This document shows, in pieces, positions 8,767-16,309 of a DNA stretch of 58,287 bases. The notes beneath the pieces are model-generated. The model searched no databases. It was not told where the DNA came from and saw nothing but the letters and a program-made list of their open reading frames with translations. The DNA is from an uncultured Candidatus Hydrogenedens sp. (lineage in GTDB: Bacteria > Myxococcota > UBA4151): NCBI GenBank assembly GCA_902574205.1, contig CACGMS010000003.1, positions 1-58,287 on the forward strand, in the 5' to 3' direction. A program made the position numbers and the translations under genes. Within the stretch, counting starts at the first letter, position 1. Each line of letters begins with the position of its first letter.

Positions 8767-9869
8767 TTTTTAGACCGACGAAGTGGCGCTTGAAACCAAC
8801 GCGTTGGGTTCACTGCGAGCGCATCGCTGCGAAGCTCAAAGTGCAAGACTCCCGAATCACCAAGTAATCCGATAACCGATCCAGCTTGAAGATCATCGCC
8901 CGGCTTCGCCTGAGTTTCTGAAAGCCCACCATAGACGGTGCGCCAGCCACGACCGTGATCAATAACCATCGCCAGACCCAAGCCGGGCGAGCGGCCTACA
9001 AAAGCGACTCTACCCTTTGCAGCGGCGACGACTGGCGCAGTTGCCAAGCCCTCTAAATCAATTCCACGGTTACGCCAGCGAGTGAGCCTATCTTTCGCCT
9101 CTTGCCAGCCGTAACCATTGACGACCTTTCCTGCTACCGGTGGGACTAAAGCACCTCGCTTTAGACCTTTATGAGGCATGTCGAGCATGGGTTTGACTTG
9201 GGCGAGCCAAGCGGCGAGCGCCAGTCGCTGTTGTTCCAGAGCGCGAGCATGGGCGACCGCACGTTTTCGATCGCGACGAACCTCGTTGAGTCGGACCTCA
9301 GCCAGGCGTCGCACTTCGGCACGCTCAGTAAAGAGACGGTCCAGATCGTTTTTCAGTCGTTGTTGTCCCAGCCGGACTTTGGCGAGCCGTGATGTGCTTT
9401 CTTTAAGTGCTAAATCGCTTTGCTCAGCTCGTCGCCATAACGCACTCGAGCGCGCTACACGTTGCCGTTCCATAGCTCTCATCAAAGGTTTATCCATGCC
9501 AACATGGTTCCCTCGAAGAAGTAGTCCGAGTGCTTGCCTCGCCTGCAGTAGTGCGGTTTCAGCGGTCTTTTGCAAGCCAGTCGATTGACTTTCGAGTTCA
9601 TCGAGTTGTTCATCTGAGTCGTTAAGACGCTCGTTGGCAAGACGAGCAGCTCGTTTGGCCTCGCTTAACGCAAATTCGAGATCCTCGAGTGTAGCGACCA
9701 TTCGCGTCTCTTGTTCGGCGAGATCTTTATCGGTCGCTTTACCTCGACTGAGACGGTCGCGTAATGTCTGCAGTTTTTCGAGTGTTATACGAACAGCTTG
9801 CTGATCGTTAATGGCCGTGAGCGCAGGTTGGGGTCCGGGTGATAGAGCGAGCAAAAACGCAAACGTCAT
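8763..9869 (-). CDS. envC: EnvC-like murein hydrolase activator (coiled coil plus degenerate M23/LytM)
   Basis: Long coiled coil; LytM domain with Zn ligands altered (NRGID, YGGL, VLHFELR); follows ftsX. Confidence 0.8.
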   Translation of the reverse strand: MTFAFLLALSPGPQPALTAINDQQAVRITLEKLQTLRDRLSRGKATDKDLAEQETRMVATLEDLEFALSEAKRAARLANERLNDSDEQLDELESQSTGLQKTAETALLQARQALGLLLRGNHVGMDKPLMRAMERQRVARSSALWRRAEQSDLALKESTSRLAKVRLGQQRLKNDLDRLFTERAEVRRLAEVRLNEVRRDRKRAVAHARALEQQRLALAAWLAQVKPMLDMPHKGLKRGALVPPVAGKVVNGYGWQEAKDRLTRWRNRGIDLEGLATAPVVAAAKGRVAFVGRSPGLGLAMVIDHGRGWRTVYGGLSETQAKPGDDLQAGSVIGLLGDSGVLHFELRSDALAVNPTRWFQAPLRRSKN

Positions 9870-10723
9870 TGTTCTAACTCCGGCTTATGTATTTCGGAGA
9901 GCATACCCAGACCAGTGCCTGCAATTTGGGTCAGCGCGCCCAGCAGCATGAGCCGAAAAGCGAGATGCGCAGGTGCTGCTACGATGAGATCTGTTGATTG
10001 CCGCATCCAATGCCCGAGAGCTGCACTCATCAAGTAGCCCCCGAGTCCGGCACTGATTCCGACAACGAGACCGGTAAGCAATAAGGGGCCGACTAATCGA
10101 TCTCTCGTCGCACCGAGCAGGCGAAGAACGGCAATTTCTTCACGGCGCAAACTCATGACCAATCGTCCAAGCGCCACGCCGAGAATAACGATCGTTACCG
10201 TCAGAAGAAGGCTCAGGAGATGAGCGCCCAGATAAATTTGACGGACTCGAGCGCGAGTTCGAAGGAGTTCTCGGGCGCCAGCGTCCACCGATTCAACGCC
10301 CGGTGCCGCACGTAAAATTGCGATCGCCGCTGGGGCAACTTGTCCACCATGTGGCGGCGTGAGGTGAATAGCCCGTGGCAAAAGAGCATCGGGAATTTCT
10401 TGCGCTGCTTGGGGATCGCGCAGTTCGCTAGCGAGTCGACGGCGAACCTGTTCGTTAGTGAGAAGCCGAGCTTGGCGAACTGATGGCAGCGCTTCCAATC
10501 GATTTAGGAGCCCCTTGATCGGCTCATCATCGACTTGTTCATTGAGAAACGCCCACACCTCGCCTGCAGGATCAAGTCGCTGAAGAATTTCGTTGGTCCC
10601 TTCGGCATGGGCGCGCACCCAACCAATACAGCCCAAACACAACGTAAGAGCGAGTAACCATGAACTGTGCGTCCAGGGACGCCTTCGAAATCCGAGGATG
10701 GCTTCTCTTATGCTCCACATCAT
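9866..10723 (-). CDS. ftsX: Cell division ABC permease FtsX
   Basis: 4-TM layout with periplasmic loop; RREEIAVLRLLGAT motif; coupled to ftsE. Confidence 0.85.
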   Translation of the reverse strand: MMWSIREAILGFRRRPWTHSSWLLALTLCLGCIGWVRAHAEGTNEILQRLDPAGEVWAFLNEQVDDEPIKGLLNRLEALPSVRQARLLTNEQVRRRLASELRDPQAAQEIPDALLPRAIHLTPPHGGQVAPAAIAILRAAPGVESVDAGARELLRTRARVRQIYLGAHLLSLLLTVTIVILGVALGRLVMSLRREEIAVLRLLGATRDRLVGPLLLTGLVVGISAGLGGYLMSAALGHWMRQSTDLIVAAPAHLAFRLMLLGALTQIAGTGLGMLSEIHKPELEQ

Positions 10724-11385
10724 CCGCTTCGCCGTTCCAGTTTACCCGCTTCGAGATGGTAGGTTGGATGAGGAAATCGCCTAAGGATTTCACTGTCATG
10801 GGTTGCGACCAGAACGGTTGCCCCGCGCGACGAGGCGAGATCGATCAACCCGAGCACCTGCAGACTCAACGCTTCATCGAGATTACCGGTGGGTTCATCA
10901 CACAGGAGCACTTGCGGGTCGCCCACGAGCGCCCGAGCAATCGCTACTCGTTGTTGTTCGCCACCAGAGAGTTGAGGGACTCGACGTTTGGCAAGGCTGC
11001 CAATGCCCACATCATCAAGGGCTTCCATCGCTCGACGATGCGCAAGTCTTCGATCAACGCCACGCAACTCCAAAACAACACGAACATTTTCGAGTGCGGT
11101 TCGAGTTTTCAGTAATCGGAAATCCTGAAAGATAACAGCAACTCGGCGTCGAACCATAGCGAGTGCCCGAGCGTCTTGAGGTCTGAGGTTGTGACCTGCG
11201 ATAGTGATATGACCATCGTCTGGCGAGTCAGCGCCGTACAAAAGTCGCAGCAGTGTCGATTTCCCAGCGCCACTCGCCCCAGTAAGAAACGCAAAGCTAC
11301 CGCGATCGAGTTTGAGACCAACTTCATCGAGGACGGGACGGCGTTGCTGCGGGAAGCGCCGCGTCACCTGATGTATTTCGATCAT
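10720..11385 (-). CDS. ftsE: Cell division ATP-binding protein FtsE
   Basis: Walker A GASGAGKST, IFQDFRLL, LSGGEQQRVAIARA, DEPTGNLD. Confidence 0.93.
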   Translation of the reverse strand: MIEIHQVTRRFPQQRRPVLDEVGLKLDRGSFAFLTGASGAGKSTLLRLLYGADSPDDGHITIAGHNLRPQDARALAMVRRRVAVIFQDFRLLKTRTALENVRVVLELRGVDRRLAHRRAMEALDDVGIGSLAKRRVPQLSGGEQQRVAIARALVGDPQVLLCDEPTGNLDEALSLQVLGLIDLASSRGATVLVATHDSEILRRFPHPTYHLEAGKLERRSG

Positions 11386-11509
11386 AACTCAGTCTCGCCT
11401 ACTCTGTGTGACGTCCCGTACGAATGTGCTCCGCGTGAGCGCGCGAGGTCAACCATAACGCGATGATGGTCGGTTTCAGGTCTCTTCTTTCTCTCGAGTG
11501 AAGCACTTG

Positions 11510-11526
11510 TCTGAACAGATGTTCAG
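11510..11526. promoter_or_regulatory. Putative LexA (SOS) operator, Myxococcus type
   Basis: Palindrome CTGAACA-GA-TGTTCAG. The minus strand CTGAACATCTGTTCAGA matches 16/17 of the M. xanthus LexA consensus CTRHAMRYBYGTTCAGS (consensus recalled from the literature). It is the only such palindrome I found in the window and is intergenic. Confidence 0.6.
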
Positions 11527-11791
11527 TGGTAAGGCCAAGAGTTTTCAACAGATCGCAAAACTACGCTTTTTATCGGGGTTGGGCCGCGGCCGCACTGGCT
11601 GGCCGTACTTTCAACGACTTGCGCATCAAAGCGTGAAGATGTGATTAAGCGCACAGCATCATTTTTTGCGCTTGGCTTGACGTCGTCGTTGCCTTGATTT
11701 CCTTCAGTGGCCTATCAACTGGCCATCGAGGCCAATTCGAAAGCTTCGATTTGGGAACTCTCTGAGGAACCCCCCAGTTGGAGAATCGATC

Positions 11792-11920
11792 ATGACGCTA
11801 TCAGAGCTTGCACAACATCTTACTCGTGAAGAGATGGCGGCCTTTGGAATGTGGCCGAGCGCGAGTGAGGAAGACGAGCACTTGAGCGATGATTGTCACC
11901 ACCAAGAAGAACTCAACTAG
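11792..11920 (+). CDS. Unannotated 42-aa acidic small protein
   Basis: GGAG lies 8 nt before ATG; MTLSELAQHLTREEMAAFGMWPSASEEDEHLSDDCHHQEELN; its stop overlaps the convergent sctT stop (CTAG). It is below the ORF-track size cut-off. Confidence 0.45.
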   Translation: MTLSELAQHLTREEMAAFGMWPSASEEDEHLSDDCHHQEELN

Positions 11921-12744
11921 CGCATCAAGCGAAGCAGTTCTTCAAGACGCTGAAGGAAGACGACGCCTTCAGCGGCGAGCACTTGAATGGTGGTCGCTAA
12001 ACCTAACGCAAACAACCAGACGCCTGCGATGGCTTTGGCGGGCAGACTCAAAAAGTAAGCTTGGATTTGCGGGGCTGTACGGTTGAGCAGGCCAAAGGTT
12101 AAATCGGTCAGAAAAACCGCCACAAGTATCGGCATCGCAAGAGCGACTGCGACCATGAGAATACGAGCAGCGCTGACCATGATGAGTTCTGCGAAGGCGC
12201 CGATCCCCGCGGCTTGAAATTGAGGCATCTCGGTCACGGGTAAACCCACAAAACTGGTGAACAGCGCTCCGAGAAAGAAGCGGTGTCCTCCGATACTTAG
12301 AAAGATGACGAGGAACAGTTGAAAGCTCAAATTACCAAAAACTGAACTTCGTTCTTTGAGTTCGGGAACGAGCGCCGTCGCCATATTGGTACCGCGCAGT
12401 AAATCGACCAATCGACCAAGCATGTCAGCGATCAAAAATAATTCGTATAAAATAAAGCCGATACAAAATCCGATAAACACTTCTTTGAGCATCAACACCA
12501 AGAAAGCGATGGGCGTCGTTGGTGGGGGCACTGTGTTGCCTGCAGAAACGACTGGGTAGACCAGCAGTGCGAGCAGCACGGCTAATCCAATCTTTACCGG
12601 CTCTGGTGCATTTTTACCGCCGAGAAATGGGATCATCACCACAACTGGCAAAAGGCGCCCAAGAATGAGACCAAACAGGACAAGTTGCTCGGTGCTTTGC
12701 CTGCTCAGCAGTAGCCTGTCTAAAACCCAACCTACGTCACTCAT
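11917..12744 (-). CDS. sctT: Type III export gate subunit SctT/FliR
   Basis: R...V..PFLGG...P..VKIGLA, KE.FIG..IG, G.LVD..RG, FL..GGH, LLNRTAPQIQAYFLSLPAK; start at the ATGA overlap with sctS. Confidence 0.92.
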   Translation of the reverse strand: MSDVGWVLDRLLLSRQSTEQLVLFGLILGRLLPVVVMIPFLGGKNAPEPVKIGLAVLLALLVYPVVSAGNTVPPPTTPIAFLVLMLKEVFIGFCIGFILYELFLIADMLGRLVDLLRGTNMATALVPELKERSSVFGNLSFQLFLVIFLSIGGHRFFLGALFTSFVGLPVTEMPQFQAAGIGAFAELIMVSAARILMVAVALAMPILVAVFLTDLTFGLLNRTAPQIQAYFLSLPAKAIAGVWLFALGLATTIQVLAAEGVVFLQRLEELLRLMR

Positions 12745-13019
12745 CGCAGCAAGGGCACAAAGCCAGTGAAACACAGATGAGCAAATTGAAGTAAGAAGCC
12801 GCCCACCCAGGCTCCTGTGATGGCGAGCAACAAAAATACCGCAATGACTTTGGGTACAAAGCTCAACGTGGCTTCTTGAATTTGAGTCGTCGCTGAGAAA
12901 AGTGCGACCGCCAAACCAACGACTAGGCTGCCAATAACAGTAGGCGCTGAGGCGAGCATGACGAGCATTAATGCCTCGTTGGTTACCTGCAGGACAAATT
13001 GTTCAATTTGGCCGTACAT
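12741..13019 (-). CDS. sctS: Type III export gate subunit SctS/FliQ
   Basis: SAP..IGSLVVGL.VALFSATTQIQEATLSFVPK. Confidence 0.93.
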   Translation of the reverse strand: MYGQIEQFVLQVTNEALMLVMLASAPTVIGSLVVGLAVALFSATTQIQEATLSFVPKVIAVFLLLAITGAWVGGFLLQFAHLCFTGFVPLLR

Positions 13020-13778
13020 TTATGTGTATCCCATCACTAAACCTTGAGTGAGAAGATGCCAGCCATCCACGAGCACAAAGAGAAGCAGTTTGAACGGTAA
13101 CGAAATCGTTGTCGGCGACAACATCTGCATACCGAGAGCCATCAAAATATTACTGACGACCATATCAATGACCAAGAAGGGCAGAAAGATAATGAAGCCA
13201 ATTTGAAAGGCTTCGGTTAGTTCGCTGACTACAAAAGCCGGGATAAGCACCATATAGTCATCAGCGCTAATACCTGCTCGCTGAGCCTTAGGCCGCATAC
13301 GCTTCGCCAGCATGTAAAACATCTTTCGATCTTTGGCGCTGGCATGTCGTTTGAGAAACTGTCGCATCGGCTCGGCACCGACAATCATCGCTTCTTTGAG
13401 GACACCGAAATTCTTTCCTTGAAGCAGATTTTCACCTTCTGCTTGTTTCGTGACCTCTTGAGCGTCGACGTACATCCGCTCCATCACCGGACTCATGGTA
13501 TAGACTGTGAGAATAATAGCGAGACCGGTAATGACGGTATTCGGCGGTATTTGCTGGGTGCCGATCGCTTGGCGAGCGATGGACAGTACGACCGCCATTT
13601 TAACAAAGCTGGTCACCATCATCAGGACGAAGGGGACGAGTGCTAAGCCAGCCAGCGCCGTCATCAGGATCAGCGGTCGGTTTGCTATACTGTCGTTACC
13701 CATCAACTCGCTGACGTTGAGATTCTGGGCGATAACCAAAGGAGGTGCCACCATGGCACTCGCGATCAAAAACCTCAT
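13020..13778 (-). CDS. sctR: Type III export gate subunit SctR/FliP
   Basis: MMVTSFVK.AVVLSI.RQAIGTQQIPPN; PAFVVSELTEAFQIGFIIFLPFLVIDMVVSNILMALGMQMLSPTTISLPFKLLLFVLVDGW. SFVK is the SctR-type variant (FliP usually SFTR). Confidence 0.96.
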   Translation of the reverse strand: MRFLIASAMVAPPLVIAQNLNVSELMGNDSIANRPLILMTALAGLALVPFVLMMVTSFVKMAVVLSIARQAIGTQQIPPNTVITGLAIILTVYTMSPVMERMYVDAQEVTKQAEGENLLQGKNFGVLKEAMIVGAEPMRQFLKRHASAKDRKMFYMLAKRMRPKAQRAGISADDYMVLIPAFVVSELTEAFQIGFIIFLPFLVIDMVVSNILMALGMQMLSPTTISLPFKLLLFVLVDGWHLLTQGLVMGYT

Positions 13779-14116
13779 CCGTTCTCAGTCTCCGAGACTT
13801 GAGATGAGTGAAGATGAGCCAAGTGCGTGATCGCTCCCTCGTTGGTGCCGATCAAACGACGCTCGCCCTCAATATTGATGATATGAACCGAAGCTTTGGG
13901 TGTGAGCGCAAGGGACTCTTCAATCTCAAGACGCTCACCTTTTCTCTGGCTAAGACCGGGAAAACGCTTGAGAAAGTGCGTTAATAAGAGCATTCCGCCG
14001 ACCACCAGAACGAGGACAAGAACCATCCACACAAGCATCCAGCCAAACGACGTTCCTGTATGGACGGGAACTGTTGGCGGCGGAATCGGATTGGTTGCTC
14101 CGATTAGACTGACCAC
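13775..14116 (-). CDS. fliO: FliO-like membrane chaperone of the export gate
   Basis: One TM followed by LEIEESLALTPKASVHIINIEGERRLIGTNEGAITHL (FliO pattern); canonical position before fliP/sctR. Confidence 0.8.
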   Translation of the reverse strand: MVSLIGATNPIPPPTVPVHTGTSFGWMLVWMVLVLVLVVGGMLLLTHFLKRFPGLSQRKGERLEIEESLALTPKASVHIINIEGERRLIGTNEGAITHLAHLHSSQVSETENG

Positions 14117-14419
14117 TGGCTTACTCGCACACCCAATTCGCCATCGATATTGAGCAACTCGCCTCGACCGACAAGCCGTCCCGCTAGCGTGAGATCAACT
14201 TCAGACCCAACAGGCTTCCCTAGACGTAAAACAGAACCGACTTCGTAGGTCGAGACGTGCGCTAGACTCAGACGAAGTCGACCGAGCTCAGCAGCTAAGG
14301 TCAGTTCGACATCTTCCGCGAGTACGGTCGATAAATCTGCTGCCTGCTGTATTTCCGAAGCTTCGGCCTCGTCGGTATCAGGTTCTGGGGTATGCACTGG
14401 CTCGCTCATGACGGCCTCC
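14104..14419 (-). promoter_or_regulatory. Internal RBS and in-frame ATG14409 producing a 101-aa SctQ-C (FliN-like) chain
   Basis: Minus strand reads GGAGG-CCGTC-ATG-AGC-GAG, in frame, in the linker just before SPOA2. Confidence 0.7.
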
Positions 14420-15225
14420 ATTAGATCGAGTTCGACAATGCGAAAGGCACCGTCTTCAGTGAGTTCACAATCAGCTCGGCGCCGAGCGCCGGGGGCTGAT
14501 AAACCGCAGCGTCCGCTGGGGTTTCCTTCGTCGGATAAGGTCAGGTTAGCATCATCTAATATGATGACATCGCCCGGTTCAATGCTCAGTAATTCCTCAT
14601 GGTTTAGCTTGGCTATGCCCACGCTTAAAGCCATCTCAAAGGGCAATGCATACAGCGGGCTATGCGAAGAGACTTGACGCGTGGTCGGTCGAGCTTCCGG
14701 GCAGTGATGAAAACGAATTTGAATTTGCCCAGCGACCAAGTCTCCGCGACCGGCCAAAATGACCACAGGGCCCTCGCCAAGATCATCGGTCGGCGGGCTT
14801 GATAGGTCAGTCAAGACAGGGACGGGTAAGACGGAAACCGAAGATCTTAGCTGCGACATCCAATCGAGGATGAGGTACTCAAAGACACCGAGTTCGACCG
14901 CTGTCAGCGAACGAGCAGGGCGGGCTTGGTCTTGGGTAGCACCGAGTACTTCATCCACAGCAGCTAGGGCTAGGGGACCTGCCACGCGAACCGAGACGTC
15001 CAGTCCATCGCCACGCCAGCGAAAGCCCACACATTGTTCCTCCGGCAAGGTCCAATCGCCAGCGATCCCGACGACAGACGGCAGATCCGAACATCCAGGC
15101 GGCTTGGGCAGAAGCGCTTGGTTTTCGGTCACCAAGCCAGGCAGACGCTCACGCAGCGTACTGGTTAGTTCCACTTGATCGCTCGTTAGGGAAGGAAGAC
15201 CCTCCCAATTATAGCCCTGTTCCAT
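14104..15225 (-). CDS. sctQ: SctQ (FliM/FliN-like) cytoplasmic ring protein with two SPOA domains
   Basis: GGAGG lies 10 nt before ATG15225; SPOA1 (L...ELL.IEPGDVIILD) and SPOA2 (AELGR..LSL..V.....G.VL.L...GRGEL..IDGELGVRV). Confidence 0.88.
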   Translation of the reverse strand: MEQGYNWEGLPSLTSDQVELTSTLRERLPGLVTENQALLPKPPGCSDLPSVVGIAGDWTLPEEQCVGFRWRGDGLDVSVRVAGPLALAAVDEVLGATQDQARPARSLTAVELGVFEYLILDWMSQLRSSVSVLPVPVLTDLSSPPTDDLGEGPVVILAGRGDLVAGQIQIRFHHCPEARPTTRQVSSHSPLYALPFEMALSVGIAKLNHEELLSIEPGDVIILDDANLTLSDEGNPSGRCGLSAPGARRRADCELTEDGAFRIVELDLMEAVMSEPVHTPEPDTDEAEASEIQQAADLSTVLAEDVELTLAAELGRLRLSLAHVSTYEVGSVLRLGKPVGSEVDLTLAGRLVGRGELLNIDGELGVRVSQWSV

Positions 15226-15322
15226 GGGCACTTGACCTCCCGTGTCTGCGCAGCGCGTGCACGACACCGTCGCAAGCTAGTGGCGCGAGCACAGACCGTA
15301 AAGGGGGCGCGCTCAATCCAGT

Positions 15323-16273
15323 TTAGGCTTGGTCCACTTTCAGTTCGTTGAGGTCGAGTCCTTTATCCCGAAACACAGCGGCTAACTCCGTGTGATGGGC
15401 GGCAAGCATACGGCTGCCTTCTTTGTTGTCGCCACTGATTTGAATGCGTACTTTGCCATCTTTAGCCTGGATGCTCAGGCGCAGTCCGGCCAGGAGATTG
15501 CCACCCAGTTCAATATCGAATCGTGCGTCTCCGTGTTGGTCGATTCCCACAAAGACCTTGCGCGCTAGCGCTTCGAGCAATGCCTGCGGGATTTTGGGGC
15601 CGCCAGCGGCCCCGGGTTTCCCTTCGGCCCGAGCGCTTAGTGAACCAATCCCTTCAATAGCCGAAGCAGTTGCACCAGCAACCGCTCGTTGAGCGCGTGC
15701 ACCTTTGAGTTGGGTTTGTCGCTCGTCTTGCGTTTCTCGACTACGCTCTTGGCGTTGCGTCGCCTCTTGACCGTGGCTTTGCTGAACGCCCTGTTGGCTG
15801 ATTTGACGCTGTGTTTCAACGCCTGTGCGTTGACGCTCTTGGCTCTGCGATGCCTTGCCTTCAAGTTCGCCTTGATGACTGTGCGCGTCGGTGGCTCGTT
15901 CTTTACCGACGGTATTCGCGGCGCGATGGGCTACCGCTCGTTGTTGACCGAGGGCTGACTTCTGTGAAGATCCTGGCCGTTGGCGCGCTGCATTGAGCAC
16001 GGCTCGCGCATTTTCTTTAGCCGTCTTTTTCTTCGGTTGGGGCCGGGTTTGTTTGGGTAACTGTTTGGTCTGGTTCTTGGTGTCAGTTTGTCGCGGTTGA
16101 GTCTGTTGTTGGCTTTTAGGGTTCTCTTGGGTTTTCCCGCTACGCTCCATGGCGGACTTAAATGCCTGTCGAGTTTCATTACGAGACTTTGTATCGCGAG
16201 CCTTGTCTTGACGGACTTGATCCTGTCTTTTGGCATCCGCACGTTTTTGGTCGCGGCGTCGAATTTCAGACAT
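15323..16273 (-). CDS. FliK/SctP-like molecular-ruler protein
   Basis: AGGAG RBS; Q/R/K/T-rich low-complexity N-terminus; C-terminal T3S4-like domain (FDIEL...L.GLRLSI...DGKVRI......L......L......GL.L..L.V); lies directly before sctQ. Confidence 0.72.
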   Translation of the reverse strand: MSEIRRRDQKRADAKRQDQVRQDKARDTKSRNETRQAFKSAMERSGKTQENPKSQQQTQPRQTDTKNQTKQLPKQTRPQPKKKTAKENARAVLNAARQRPGSSQKSALGQQRAVAHRAANTVGKERATDAHSHQGELEGKASQSQERQRTGVETQRQISQQGVQQSHGQEATQRQERSRETQDERQTQLKGARAQRAVAGATASAIEGIGSLSARAEGKPGAAGGPKIPQALLEALARKVFVGIDQHGDARFDIELGGNLLAGLRLSIQAKDGKVRIQISGDNKEGSRMLAAHHTELAAVFRDKGLDLNELKVDQA

Positions 16274-16309
16274 AGAAACAAACTCCTATCTCTTTATCGT
16301 CGCCAGAAC

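Noticed and set aside
11716-11780. c-di-GMP-I/cGAMP (GEMM) riboswitch
   Set aside because: It lacks the GGCAAACC/AAACC and GACG(C/G)AAAGCC core elements; kept only as an unclassified structure.
11641-11829. GTG-started frame interrupted by one TGA (possible readthrough or selenocysteine)
   Set aside because: TGA is the common stop in this window, no SECIS-like context or protein motif is seen, and the RBS is poor.
11917-16273. Ordinary flagellar fliK-fliMNOPQR operon
   Set aside because: No flgD/flgE/fliL, a single SctQ with internal start instead of separate fliM and fliN, an SctR-type SFVK motif, and no flhB. Not fully excluded without phylogeny.
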